A DNA stretch of 61,163 nt, counting the filler, from Collodictyon triciliatum (Eukaryota), in NCBI GenBank assembly GCA_043381765.1. It is 4 parts of 4 records of this genome, joined end to end, with 100 filler letters (N's around TTAATTAATTAA, not from the genome) between each part and the next. Parts side by side here need not be neighbours in the genome. Positions count along the whole stretch, not along the records: positions 19,395 to 37,321 come from JBHJMP010000553.1; positions 37,422 to 51,051 come from JBHJMP010000554.1; 2 more parts are not named here. One strand, 5' to 3'. Made by a program: the position numbers and the translations under genes. The stretch's first letter is position 1, and every line of letters starts with the position of its first letter. The notes beneath the pieces were generated by a model. That model was not told the DNA's origin. It ran no database searches and was given only the letters and a program-made list of their open reading frames with translations. This document shows positions 34,622 to 48,500 of the stretch, piece after piece.

Positions 34622-35372
34622 GGTGTTTGGACCACCCAATAACCGACTAGCCTATGAAAGAATTGTTTGATTCTGATTTGACCTATAAGAACCCTAAAAA
34701 ACTGAACAGGTAGACCTCATCAACTTCTCCAAATGTTTTCAAAAAAAAGATAAATGATACATGTATCGTTCGAATAACAAATCTAGTGAATTTATTCGCT
34801 ACTTGACCAGAAAATACCAGGAGAAGCCGCAAGACCGAGCGCGGTCCATGTACCAACTTTCTCCCTTTTATTCTGATTTGAGGAGTGTAGGCGAAGTGTG
34901 TGTCTCCACATAAGGAGTTTTTACGTTTATAATCTCTAGCATGATTCTGATGACACCTTAATTTATGTTAATTTTTTTTTATGAACTCATTTATTTAATT
35001 ACCCTTCCCCCAGGAATATGAGAAAAAACTTATACGCTACAGAATGAATAATAATAAATAAATAAAAAAAGGGAAGAGGGAAAAAATTGCATACTAAAGC
35101 ATATCTTTATAAAAGGAAAGTGAAGTTGTCCATCCGTTTTACATGGTGAGAAAATCCTTCAAGTACGCCCCAACACCCGAGAGACAGTCCCCGACGTCAA
35201 CATTTATACCAAGCAACTCTCTTTCTTTTCAATCTCATCTCCGCCCTGGGTCAGTTTCACCTGACCCTACAACCCGAAGAATGGGCCCTCGATCAAAGGT
35301 AAATACCCGTATATCCCTCTCATAAATAATAACTACTGCACTTACATCCATACGGATATGCAGGATGACTGA
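27240..35372 (+). CDS. Large multi-exon WD40 protein with an N-terminal EF-hand-like region (WDR49/WDR64/EFCAB8-like)
   Basis: Exons encode LYDQINTKQTSG-ITWDDFSDF (EF-hand-like) and WD motifs (ELIGHSAAV, AHDDWVMDL..IASASLDRLIKIWD, MKGHEKG..LISCDVSGCIKVWDIR, SEGSLLKIWS, TGCTEGRGHLWN). The 3' end is approximate. Confidence 0.75.
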
Positions 35373-35981
35373 TGAGAACGAATCTTGAATATATTTTTAT
35401 ATTATCCCTACATATGATGTTGAACATCTAAGTGCTCCATCACACTCATATGCGTCCTTAATGCTCCTCTTCTTATTGGTGACCCGTTTTGTTCTCTGCA
35501 GACCCCAACCGACATGTCCTCGTCATTTGGATACGGTTCTCAGCAACACAATCTCCCTCATCTCGAGAGAAAATCAGCCGAGGCCGAGACGCATTGGCGA
35601 CCAAACTCTAGAAGTCTGCGCAGGTCGGCATCCCCGAATTCCACTATAAAGTAGTTAGGTTGGTTTGCAGTACGCTTAAAACAAACGTCCTAATTGTGTC
35701 GCAACATGCACACGCACCCACCGCAAGGAGTAACACCAGGAAAATAAATATATTCCAGAAAAGGGCCATTCAAGTTTCTATCTGTCTTTATGTGGCACTT
35801 TGCGCGCAAAGCAACTTGCAGTCCGTGCCAAAGCGAGGAGTGGCGCTTGTCTGGCTGCTTGCGGTAAGGGCCGGAAAAGAATCACAATAATAAAACAAAC
35901 AGACAAAGAAACAAAGAAGCAAAGAAACAAACAAAAAACAAACAAACAAACAACCCAAAAACTAAAGAACAGCGCAGGTCC

Positions 35982-36635
35982 ATGAGTTCTATTCTACGCC
36001 GGAGAACACAACTCGAAGGTCTCCCCACCGAGGCAGAGACGACACAGAGACCACCACTTACATATGAGCGAACCTTCCCAGAGTACCATCCGGTCTTTGT
36101 CGTCCTTCTATCCGCGCTCTTCATATTTGCTTTCTACCACACCTCCATGTGGTATTTGTCCACCCCGAGCATTCACGTCGCCAATCTTACCGAGAACAAG
36201 TACTTTGCCATGGTGACGTGCCACCCAAAAGTCGTGGATATCCGCATCCACGAACAGACCGGCCTTCCCGGCGTCTCCATTGGAGGCGGCAGCAATACAA
36301 AGAATGCAAATGACGATGTAGACGAGGAGCTTGAGCAGGCCGAGCAGAAGAGGCTTGAACAACGGACTTTCTTTGTTCGGCAGAGGAAGGTGCAGGAGAT
36401 TCTGCCGCAGGCCATGGCTGAGTTTCGCATGCTTAAGAACGAGAACATGAGCCAAATCACATGCTTTGTGGCATACGGCTTGGACAAGTCCTTGCGTCGC
36501 GTCATGAATCTGCACGACCTCAAGGAGGCCTTCAAAAACCTTCAGACTCGGGTTCCGCTTGACCCAAAGAACAAAGTCATCCGTGCCTTCCCTCTTGCTT
36601 TGCCGCTTCAAACTGCTGCAGAGATCGCCGTTTGA
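35982..36635 (+). CDS. Hypothetical single-pass membrane protein, 217 aa, intronless
   Basis: GC-rich ORF with hydrophobic segment VFVVLLSALFIFAFY. No family recognised. Confidence 0.7.
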   Translation: MSSILRRRTQLEGLPTEAETTQRPPLTYERTFPEYHPVFVVLLSALFIFAFYHTSMWYLSTPSIHVANLTENKYFAMVTCHPKVVDIRIHEQTGLPGVSIGGGSNTKNANDDVDEELEQAEQKRLEQRTFFVRQRKVQEILPQAMAEFRMLKNENMSQITCFVAYGLDKSLRRVMNLHDLKEAFKNLQTRVPLDPKNKVIRAFPLALPLQTAAEIAV

Positions 36636-37226
36636 TTGCTTTCCATGCGACCACTCCTCTCGTTTCCAAGCATCCCAGCCTTTTTCCTCTTTCTTTCGTG
36701 CTTGCTTCCATCCCAACGTGCATGTGCTCTATAGCATTCATCTCTTCACTCTCTTATACCCAAAAGCTTGAATAAATCATCCATGGCCAAAGTATATGTA
36801 AAATGCTGCATAAAAGAAGCGTTGTGTATTAAGACAACTACCCGTGGCAGAGCGACTTGATTCATCGTAACATACTACTATGTATTGAATGCAGTCGCAG
36901 TTATGTGCCCTTTCTCCCCCCTCCTTTATCCTTTCTTCTTTATTCCTTCCTCATAAATCACAACCCAGTCGGCTTGTCTGGGCGATGGGAGTTTGTTGAG
37001 ATAGTCTTTATTTCGCTTCTTGTGAGTTTTCAGTGGGTGTCTCGGAATCGTGCTCACCATCTTTTACCTCTCGCACTTCTGTGACCTCTGGAACATAATG
37101 CTTGAGCATGTTTTCAATACCACTCTTAAGAGTAAGAGATGAACTCGGGCATCCTATAAAAATTTAACCAATATCAGAACAATTTTTTTTTATAATTTTT
37201 TTTTTTTTTTAGAAAAAGAGGCGCAA

Positions 37227-37321
<95 letters not shown>

Positions 37322-37420
37322 NNNNNNNNNNNNNNNNNNNNNNNNNNNNNNNNNNNNNNNNNNNNTTAATTAATTAANNNNNNNNNNNNNNNNNNNNNNN
37401 NNNNNNNNNNNNNNNNNNNN
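37322..37420. other. Artificial contig-joining spacer
   Basis: N-TTAATTAATTAA-N. Confidence 0.95.
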
Positions 37421-37876
37421 NAAAAACAAAAAAACAAAAAAAAACAAAAAAACAAAAAAAAACAAAAAAAACAAAAAAACAAAAAAAACAAAAAAACAAA
37501 AAAAACAAAAAAACAAAAAAACAAAAAAACAAAAAAACAAAAAAATAAAAAAAACAAAAAACAAAAAACAAAAACCAGAATCAAATACTCTTCCATTAAT
37601 CCATACGCCATATTGCGATTGTTACTATACCATTCTCAATCATTTATCTTATATTTCAAAAATAAGAATCAAGAGAATGATATAATTAGTAGTATATACT
37701 TGCACCGTTATTTGTTTCTTGACATCGGTATATACTTAATATCAAGTATATACATCGATAAGATTACATAACCTTTCATTATTTTTATATGCATTTTTTT
37801 ATTTAAAAAAAAGCTGATTTAAACTCTCGTTTTTTTTTCTTCCTTCCTTCCTGTTTCGTACTATCTCACTCACCAG

Positions 37877-37968
37877 AAGGGTAAAGTCAAAGTTCGTCTG
37901 GAGGTCATTGATACCATATTGTATGACGCGGAAAATAATATTATAAGATGGTTCTCAACAAACGAGGT

Positions 37969-38047
<79 letters not shown>

Positions 38048-40664
38048 NNNNNNNNNNNNNNNNNNNNNNNNNNNNNNNNNNNNNNNNNNNNNNNNNNNNN
38101 NNNNNNNNNNNNNNNNNNNNNNNNNNNNNNNNNNNNNNNNNNNNNNNTTTTCCTTATTATATAAAGAGAAAAATAATATTATATTTTTTTTTTTTTTATC
38201 AAAGGTTTTTTTTTTTTTTATTGTTATCATTAATTTATGCAATCCTGTATGAATGTGCATTGGTTATACGGACAAAGAATCAATCAAATAATACTTTCTT
38301 GTTTTAAGGATACTATTCGAATCACAAGTGCGATAGTGAATAAATGATGACACTTTACGTCCTTTTCCTATTTCTCGATGACTGCCGATAACTTTTTTTT
38401 TTGATTCATTCTAGATAGGAAATGTGGATATCATCTACGAGGGAGATCCTGACCCTTTGCATTTAAAAAAGTTTATTCAAGTGGGTCGATCCTCTCGTTT
38501 TCTTCATGATAGCTCTGCCCCTGCTTGTATCATAAGACATGGTTCATTCAAATACATATATAGTCAATTTAAGTTCCTTCGTTTCGCTTAGCTCTCGTTC
38601 TCTCACCTCTCTTTTTTTCCTCTTTAAACAGAAAAAGAAATGGAAAGTAGTACATCATAGAATAATACTTCTCCAACTCTACTCACAAACATTTTTTTTA
38701 TCTTATCAAAGTTTATATACTCACTCAAATGTGTTGTATAATAGAACACGATATACCGAGAGTTATAGACGGAAAGACCTTTGAAGCAATAGTTGAAAGA
38801 TATGAAAATAGACATGATAGTGAAATACTACCATATTGTCTTCAAACATACACCTCACCGTATCTCAATATTAGGTTAAAAATAGCAGTGTGAAGTCTTC
38901 TATTTTTTAGTATTGAAAGTTATTTTCAAAAAAAGTGACTCATACAGTTTTTTTATTTAAAAAAAGACAAAAAAAAACATACAAAAAGATAAGATTATAT
39001 TATAAATGTTCCCGTTTCAATATTTTTTCCCCTAAATTCATTTTTTTCTCATTCATGTAACGCATAGATTTTTAAGTACATTCACCAGAGATAGGGATGG
39101 AATGAGAGTTCATACTTATAATTCAAAATATACAGAAGCGTAGGATACATTACTCTTCATTATTTATAAGCTTGTTTGTCGAATAAAGGGAAAAAATTTT
39201 ATAAGCTTGTTTCATAAATGTTACAAATTAAAAAATCAATAGGCAGATTATATAACAACACAACATTTATAAAATTCAATTTCAAATTTTCTCTTTTCGG
39301 TATCATCCATTTTTAATTAATATTTATTGCTTTTGCTTCCTTTTCTCGACACACTTCGTCATAATTTATTATCTAATTTTAAATTTATTTATTCGCACAG
39401 TAGATAACTAATTATTATTATTATCGTGTTAAAAAAAGATACCCTGGAAGTATTCTTATTCACCCAATTTCAAAAAAGAAATTGAAGGAAATGCAGTCTG
39501 ATTGTAATAATATTTCTCCTGCCATTCAATATGCAATATTACTTCTGTTAACATCATTAAGATACCTTCGTTTTCTTATGTTTAATCTAAAAAAAAATTT
39601 GCAGCCTTACTTGTACAGGAAATTGAATTAATTGTCAATCGGATCGTTCGTCACTTTGAAAGGAGTCGTGGTACAATATCCTAATGTATGCTCGAATATC
39701 TATAATTTCCTTTATATTTTCTTTCTCAAAAAACGCTAATTAATACATGATATTTAATATGCCACTTCTCCGGGATACAATTGTATAAAATAATGAATCG
39801 AGCTAAAATAAAGAAACAAACAAAAGAAACAAACAAAAGAAACAAACAAAAGAAACAAACTAAAGAAACAAACCAAACCAAACCAAACCAAACCAAACCA
39901 AACGAAAACAAACGAAAACAAACGAAAACAAACGAAAACAAACGAAAACAAACGAAAACAAACGAAAACAAACGAAAACAAACGAAAACAAACGAAAACA
40001 AACCAAAGCAAACCAAAGCAAACCAAAGCAAACCAAAGCAAACCAAAGCAAACCAAAGCAAACCAAAGCAAATCAAAGCAAATCAAAGAAACAACCAATG
40101 GAAATCAGCAAATAATTTTTCTTGACATATTGGTACTTGTTGACTGGGTTAGTTTGTGAATTTATAATGGACGAAGGCGGACAGGTTTATAACCGATTTT
40201 TTTTATTTGAGCTACCAATCATATTTATCTTATAGAATGCTGCGATGAATATTACTCTGTACGATAATAAAACATAAATAACAACATAATTATTGTTCAA
40301 GATAAAATTTCATGGGTTGCAAACAATTACTTGGCCTCAGAAGGTTAATATTGTTCCAACATCCAATATTTCTGTGAGTACCAAAAAAAACTCCCTTCCC
40401 TCCTTTCTTAAATCTGCGATTTGAATCCAATAAGAACTCAAATAATAAGCTTTTCATCGAAAATGGATAAACAAGCACTACTAGAATTTCTAAAATGTAA
40501 AATACCTATCATTTAGCGCACCCATGAAACATTCTTACATAATTTTCTATGGAATTCATTATTTAGAGGAAGACCAAACCATTTAGCTCAACTTATAATG
40601 CCTCATGTGAATTTGAGAAAGTTTCATCTAAAGTGCCGGGGAAGATACTAGAAGAACCAAACAG
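37877..40664 (+). CDS. Multi-exon hypothetical protein (partial)
   Basis: Short AG..GT-bounded open exons: KGKVKVRLEVIDTILYDAENNIIRWFSTNE; HDIPRVIDGKTFEAIV..YCLQTYTSPY; EIELIVNRIVRHFE; CEFIMDEGGQ; IKFHGLQTITWPQK. Confidence 0.6.
39163..39212 (+). mobile_element. 5'-truncated poly(A) retro-insertion with 15-bp TSD
   Basis: TTTATAAGCTTGTTT duplicated around GTCGAATAAAGGGAAAAAAT. Confidence 0.75.
39810..40095. repeat. Compound minisatellite (AAACC, AAACGAAAAC and AAACCAAAGC arrays)
   Basis: Directly visible; intronic. Confidence 0.9.
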
Positions 40665-41594
40665 GTGCGTAATATTACATCTAAATTCTTGGACGTTTTC
40701 AATCACAATCATCCCCTCATGAATCTGCCCATCTGTGCCTTCATTTCTTTTTNNNNNNNNNNNNNNNNNNNNNNNNNNNNNNNNNNNNNNNNNNNNNNNN
40801 NNNNNNNNNNNNNNNNNNNNNNNNNNNNNNNNNNNNNNNNNNNNNNNNNNNNNNNNNNNNNNNNNNNNNNNNNNNNNNNNNNNNNNNNNNNNNNNNNNNN
40901 NNNNNNNNNNNNNNNNNNNNNNNNNNNNNNNNNNNNNNNNNNNNNNNNNNNNNNNNNNNNNNNNNNNNNNNNNNNNNNNNNNNNNNNNNNNNNNNNNNNN
41001 NNNNNNNNNNNNNNNNNNNNNNNNNNNNNNNNNNNNNNNNNNNNNNNNNNNNNNNNNNNNNNNNNNNNNNNNTGATGATTACTAAAGCGACTGCTCTTAG
41101 CTTCTGGCCGTTTGCATTTGGGGAACACGGCTCTGCGTGGTTGGCTAAGGCTTTGTTGTTTACATATGATTGCTGCTGTCATTATAATCATTATTATTAT
41201 TTGGACAGAAACGAAATCTATCGCAGTTCATCATTAAGGTCCACGTCCTTTTTTCTTTTATCATCGCGAACAGACACCCATCTTAATAAATTTAGACGAA
41301 AAAGGACAAAATAACATATGGTATCCATTCTTTGCTTGGTTGAATAGAGATGTTTGTAAAAAACCAAGTGAGATGCACATGGAGAAATGTGACAAAAAAA
41401 AACCAAAGAAAAAAACCAAAGAAAAAAACCAAAGAAAAAACCAAAGAAAAAAACCAAAAAAAAAACAAAAAAAAAAAAACAAGACAACAACCAAAAACAA
41501 AGGAGAGAAGGATGGAGGGAAAGAGAATGATGTGATATGACCTCACTTGATGACTTGCTGCGATGAAGAGTAATCGTTACCAAAATTCTGTTTT

Positions 41595-44500
41595 CTAGGA
41601 TGCATTATCTGTATGATACATCGACTCTGAGTGCAGTGCAGCTCGGAGCATGTTGAAACGATGGCGCGCTTGCTCATCGCTCGATGGGAATGGTGTTTGC
41701 GACCTCTTACTCTGCTAGGCCAGAATAATTTTTTTGATTTTTTTAATTAAAAGTAGAAAAGAAACAGAGAAGCATCATCAATTGAACACTATTTGTAAAG
41801 CCTTGCATGATGAATCATCTCAGTGCATCATGCTTCGCTCGCTTATGTATATGTATATATCCCAGTTAAACTTTAAGGAATTGATACCTCAGTTGTACTC
41901 CTCAAACATCCGTCACAACTTCGGCTCCTTGCTGCTGCAAGCATGTCTGGTGAGTCAGTTTCTTATGTGATAAATGCATGACCAAAAGCGCGCCTGTCAA
42001 TGATGAAAAAATGGTGGAGGGGATGGAAGGGGGTGTATCATACATCGTGCCATCGAGCCAGATGAAAATGGTTTTGGAGGAGGATGATAGGTATCCTTCA
42101 GTAGATGCTAAATATGAATCATACATCGATTAAGCCATCAATTCATATAATATGCATTTTTCTTTTGAGTGTCAACCATATTCCTCTCCTTTTCTTTCTT
42201 TCGTTAACGCACAATATACATAGAAAATACAATTAGGGATAATATTCTTTATTACATATAGTTTTTACATTTATTTTTAAGGAAGACAGGTGTGACAAAG
42301 TGAATGTAGGAAATGAAAAATAAATGAAAGGACTTCTTTTTTTTTTTTTACCTTGGATAGACCTACAGAATTCCAACCATCGTAGTCTTTGCGACGGTGT
42401 GGAGGGAGTTCATAGCATACACGCAACGATGATGCAGGGGCACTAACCCTATATTCAAAGATACCTCCTAATTTTATTGATAATTTTGGGAAATTTATCG
42501 AGATGAAAACTATGCACTATGTGAGAAAAATAAAAAAAAAGATATATCATAACAGATACATCGATGTGGGATATACATATAAAAGGAGAGAAAATAAATG
42601 CAATCAAGATTGATGTTACATAAAACAATCATTGGAGTTGAGTTGTTATCACGATTAAATTTAGTACCTTATGAATGAATCGTGCGTTCCAGGGAGTCGA
42701 CCGGGTTGATCACAATAGTCCTCAACCCAGGCATTTCCTTTTACTGCTGGGTTAATTTCGTGAGCTCGGAGTCTATCATCAAGGCGATATGATTCTATGG
42801 GGGTAGTATGCGCTTAGCTTTATTATATATGCCTTTTTTTTAAAAAAAATAAATACAGAAACAACCCTACTGCCAAGATCTAAACTGAATCAAAGAAATA
42901 CTGGCAATATCGACATACTTCCGCTCATATCAAAATCCGGTTGATCAGCTTGGTGGCAAGAGTGCCTTTCACTCGTAATTCCTAATATATTTTGTGTGCT
43001 ACCTACTGAACCCCGTGAGTATAAAGGACCAAAATGACATGCACTGAAATCTCCTATCTCCTCAAAGTAAGACTCTGGTAGGTCATAAATATCAGGAGCC
43101 TGTTGTAATAAATTAGTGATTTTTACGTTAATGTCTTAATCTCCTTTTACGACAGATCCTTTTATTAAAATTAATAATAAAAATAAAAAGTGGATTGTTA
43201 AAAAAAATTAATTAGAAAGTTGTTATAAAATAAAGTTAAAATGAAATATATTATAGGGTCGGGTAAGAGCGTACGTATAAAGAGAACTTGATTTACCTTT
43301 CGAGGTGTCCCAGAGAAAGGAAATGCCCTCGATGGGAAATCATAGAACCCCAAAATCCTAGACTGAATATTTTCTTCGGATTTGTGAGATTCAATATTAC
43401 TCGGCAATTTTTTGTTAATAAATTGTCTTGGCTTGAAAGCTAGCCCTATTACCGAAGTATACGAGAGAAAAAAAAGAGAAGAAAAGATTGGACAACAGTC
43501 AACAAATTCACCTATATCTTGCGTAAACATTCACATCTATGTTACGAAAATGATAAGATATAACACGGACGTGGTTCATCAAACATCCTTGAAGGAAGGA
43601 GCTTCTGCCCAAAGTGAGGGTGGTGGGTACAGTGCATGTCAGACCCCCACGAAGATGGTTGTTTCAGTAAATGAGGACATAGAGGTTTATTCGTTAACCT
43701 CCGCACAAACTCCTCGGCAAAGTGGGCACAGTTTCTGTTATGATTTGTAATGGAGTGAGTAAGTGACATACAAATTCATTTCCAATTATCTATTCCAAAT
43801 TCAAAAAGTTGAAAACTTTCCTTCCCAGTGATAGAATGAAACAAGAAAATAATATGAGCTAATCCATGAGTTAACATAGAAACCAACACCCATGTAAATA
43901 TTTTGCTTAAAAATATTGACACACCGAAGTTTTTGATGAAACTTGTTTCCCTGAAAATCGTGACCAAGATCATTCAAAATACTACGTATCTGCTCTTCTG
44001 TATATCGTGTATCACCAACATAAACTGTGTCTCTGTTGCATTCAGATTGAAATAAAACCACAAAAATATGAATGAGTACATGCATAATGCTGGTAATCGT
44101 TAAATATATGTATTCTGGATGAAGGGGAAAATATATGTAGTATATTATGGAGAAAAAATTATAATACGAGTTGTACTTAAACATGGCTCTTGGTCCCTGC
44201 TTTGGGGTGACTGAGAGGTTATTAAAAAAAATGCGCGATAAATAGTGTGATTACAATTTGTCTCCTTTAATTCTATTTATTTAAACTTCCTTAACTATTC
44301 ATTAATCGTCGATATACTCAATAATTCAATTTAATTGTAAATGACGAATATATGCATAAATGTTCTAAACTGAAATAGAATACTATAGAAAGTATTTTTG
44401 GCTGCTTGATTTGTTGATGGAATCGTCTTCATGTATTTTAGCCACTTACATAATAACAAGCAATATGAATGAAAGTTAAGTACCAGGAAAAATTCCACTT

Positions 44501-44883
44501 ATTGCATAGGGATGGGCACCATAAGCAAATTCTGATAAGGGAGAATATTGGTGGTGAACAATTTGATGGTACTAGATATATAAACATATACGCCGTTGTA
44601 CAATACTCCTAATAAAGTTTTTCCCTGTGATAAATCACATTCTTAAAATGTAGTATGGTGTATTTCTCGTGATTTGACAGCGAAACGAAACGTACGAAAA
44701 TAGATGAAATAAAAAAAAAACTAGGAGTTGTGAAGAGAATGAATTATCTGACAACCAGTTGGGAACGGGGCAGTTTATACCTTCGTGATCGACTTCAACT
44801 CCATAGTGGCCAAACGAGTACCGATTCAAATACACTGGCTTTGGGCTTCTTTCATCGACCCCACGACAAGGGGTCAGACTCAT
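41595..44883 (-). CDS. DeSI/PPPDE-family cysteine peptidase with a long C-terminal extension
   Basis: Spliced PVYLNRYSFGHYGVEVDHE-EFAYGAHPYAISGIFP-VTPKQGP..FK/RDTVYVG.T...GNKFHQKLR-NCAHFAEEFVRRL. Catalytic His and Cys are present. The 3' exons are less certain. Confidence 0.85.
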
Positions 44884-45439
44884 TTCTACTCCGAAAGAAA
44901 AAGAAACACTCGTCACTTATTTAGATATTCGCTGTTTCATAAGTGTATATGAGTCTGTGAATGCCCATAGAAAAGAGAAAAGAACGGATGCTAAAAAAAG
45001 GGACTACTCCCGACGCGTTGCACTCAAACGAGACAGACCAAGTCACACACAACTCCCCAGGGGAGGAATTCATCTCTCTTTTTTCTTCTTTTTATAAAAA
45101 GAAACATCAAATATTATCATTATTTTCCAATACAAATGGATGGCTCAAGTCTCTATCGCAACTCGTTTAGATAGATACGTGGCATACAGCTAGAGAGACT
45201 CTGGCACGAAGGCCTATTGAGGGAACCATAAAGAAATGAATCTCTCGTCCTTGTTGGGTGTTGGACTGTCCACGCAACGATCAAATCAACCTCCACACAT
45301 CAATCCACAACGTTTGCGGTCAACCTCCACAAAACGCTCCATCTCGCGCCGTTGATCATTAAAGGCCTCTCCTAATTCTGGAATTTATTGTTCTTATTTT
45401 TTATTATCAAAGGGACAAAGGAAGGAGGGATTTGCATCA

Positions 45440-45505
<66 letters not shown>

Positions 45506-45538
45506 AAGCGGTGCTTCGAACCAACTATAGGAGGAGCC

Positions 45539-48500
45539 TTAGGAATCGAGGTTGAGTGTCCTGGTTGGTGGGAGAATGAGCTCGTGGTTGACTTTGGCTC
45601 CCAGGTACTGGTTGAGAAGCATCTTCAGCTCTTCATTTTGTTGCCTCATCGACGCAGTCCTGTGGGATGTAATACATGCGTTGTGAATAGGAGGGCGAGT
45701 GGATTTAAAGTGGGATTGCATCGGTAACCTACTCTTCAATTAATTTTGCGCGAGAGACAAGGATAGATTGATACTCTTGTAGCGATTTTTCAAGCATCTA
45801 AGGAAAAACAAGAGGTAAAAGAGTGGCATGATTTATTAATTAACATCGCAACAACAAAATGCTATGGATATATTGAGTATTCTTAATATTCTGTTGATTC
45901 TCTTACATCCCACACTTCAAAAGTATCGTCGGATATCACGTTTCCGAGTGCTTCCCAGAATTCCTTCTCTTCCTTCCTTGTGCGGTTCTTAATTGCCTCG
46001 GCGTCAGCCTCGGTCTTTGCTGTTTGTATGATTAGGATGTTCACTTAGGCATTATCATTGCTTAAAGAAGAATTGGCAGATGATTAGACGACCGGCTTCA
46101 TTGTTGATACGAGGCTCCACATTGAGCTCTTTCTAACCGCAGGAGCATAAATGAATTATTATTTATTTTTTTTTAAAAAAAAACCTGTAACATGCGAGCG
46201 CCCTGTCCCAGGTCTCTGCCCGTTGATTCGTTGGTCTTCAACAAATGATTTCAGTGCTTTCACAGCGTCGATGGCATTAATCATCTCCAATTGAGAGTCC
46301 TTTGTATATGATATGGGTAGACCGTGTGTCAGTTTTAACACTTACGATGACATAAAATGCCGTGCTTAAGTGATGTATAGAACACTTACATCTTGGGACA
46401 CCATAAAAAACGTTAGTAGCTTCTGAACGTCTTCTTCCGTAGTGATTCCCAAAGCGCCAAGGATGGACTCCACTTTCATGCGCTCTCGCTCATCTTTTGG
46501 TATTCCTTCAAGAATTCGGCGAACTTTATCTTCCACCTAGAGCGGATTGCATCAGAGTTCAAAAAAAAAAATCTTTAAAGAGAAATATCGCAACAGCTGA
46601 AAAATGTGATATTCCTGAAATATTCCAATGTAACACTATCGCATAATGACTAGTAATGGGTTAAACATTCTCATAGCTTACCAAAAAGCCAGCTTCTGTA
46701 GTCAGCATTGTAAGCATACGACGAACAGGCTCAGAAAGCTCATCTAATAGGAGAGTCCTCCCACTATATAAAGATGGAATGAATCAAATGATTCGCTGTT
46801 ATTTTGTACGTTCAATAATCAATATATTTGGCTCTCAAATTCTCATTTTCTTCTGGCACAGGTGTTATCTTGTGAGAGATTTATTTCTTACGATTTCAAT
46901 TTTACAGAGTCATGCATGGCGGAACCCTCCTGACTCACAGACTCCAATACAAGAGATTCCGATGCTTTTGTATCCACAGCTACAATAATTGGGCATGAAC
47001 AAATACATCTCATTATTTTTTTCTCTAAAATGATAAAAAGACTTGCCCACAGAGCCAGGTGCTTTCGATGATGAATGAAAAATATCATCTGAAGGAGGGA
47101 ACCAACGATGACCCAATTGTTGTTCATGTATCACCTTGTCCGCCTAGTATTTGTAGCTTATGTATTATGATGCAGTTTGGCATGGCAATATAAATACATA
47201 TGTTTTCTACTGAATATAAGAGAAAAAATTGTCAATGATAGAGAACGAGAGAATGAACGAATATACAAATAAAATAAAATAAAAATAGAATGATACAAAA
47301 TAAGTAAGCCATTATTACCTCCATCACCCTTTTCATCATCTCTCTAACAGTTTCTTCGTTCATCATCCATACTTCTTGGTGTTTTTTCTGGTCGGCTGCC
47401 TCAAAGTGGCGAAACTTGGTTTGTAAGTCCTACGGGAAAAAAATATTTCAGAGACAAACTTAAATTGCAATGAAGCAATTGTAAATAATTAGTAACAAGT
47501 TGATTTTTCCTTCATTCGGTTCAAAGTGCGATAAGTTACTTTATATTGCTCAGTAATTCTCTTATATTGCTCAGTGAGCTCTACGTTTTCTTGTCTATAT
47601 TGTTTGTCTGTCTTTTGGTACCGTGACATAAGCCCGCTCAAAGCATCCTATAAATTAGAGCTAATTCAGAACAACTTTCGAGAATAGCTCTTGGTTGATT
47701 TTTGAATTATGATAAATATATAATAAAATTCGAAACTGTGACCAATTGAAAAGAACCTGTAAGCGAGATATTTTCCTCTTCTGTTGAGCTTTTGTGTTGT
47801 TATTTTCTTGGTCACGCTCAATTAAGACTCGGTAATTGTACTCCAGTTTTTCCGTATTCAGTTGATATTCGGCGCGTAGCTATCGTCAGAGCCATGAGAA
47901 AAAGTACCCATATTCTCATGTATGTGAGAAACTCAAGCAATACAAAACCAAAGATCTCATTTGAGAAGGAATCTGAATATACCTTTTCTTGGTCTTGCTC
48001 ATAATTCTGTATCTCTGTTTCCAGTTTGATTTTAAGCACGTTGTAATCCTCGGCATCCTGCGTAATTTGAATTAACTAAGTAATCTTTGCATCCCGTATT
48101 TTTTTTGGAAGGGAGTGCAAATATAATAATTTCGCTGATTCATACGTTGATGCGCAATATATCTAGTTGTCTCTGATCTTCTTCAAGTCTTTGCTGCCTT
48201 TCATCCATGAAGCGACTAGAAATATTTTTTTTAATGATATTGTCTCGTTTATCATTATTGAATTTTTTTAAAAAAAAAACAACAACAACGTTGAGTGTGT
48301 AGTTTTGGTGGGCATTTTAATTTGTTATTTTAAGAAAATAAGCCTACATTTCCATCGTTCTTCTTTTCTCAAAGAATGACTCTATTTCCCCCTTGTTCAT
48401 GGTTAGTAATTCGGACCTTTCTTGTCCATAACTCTCCTCAATTTCGTGAAGCTCTTCTTCGTAAGCCTAATTTGGGGTTTGGGTTTGTTTTCTGCCAATT

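Noticed and set aside
36108-36716. Antisense ORFs overlapping GC-rich exons (also 8694-9134, 12327-12810 and 53632-54312)
   Set aside because: Shadow frames of real coding sequence with no recognisable motifs.
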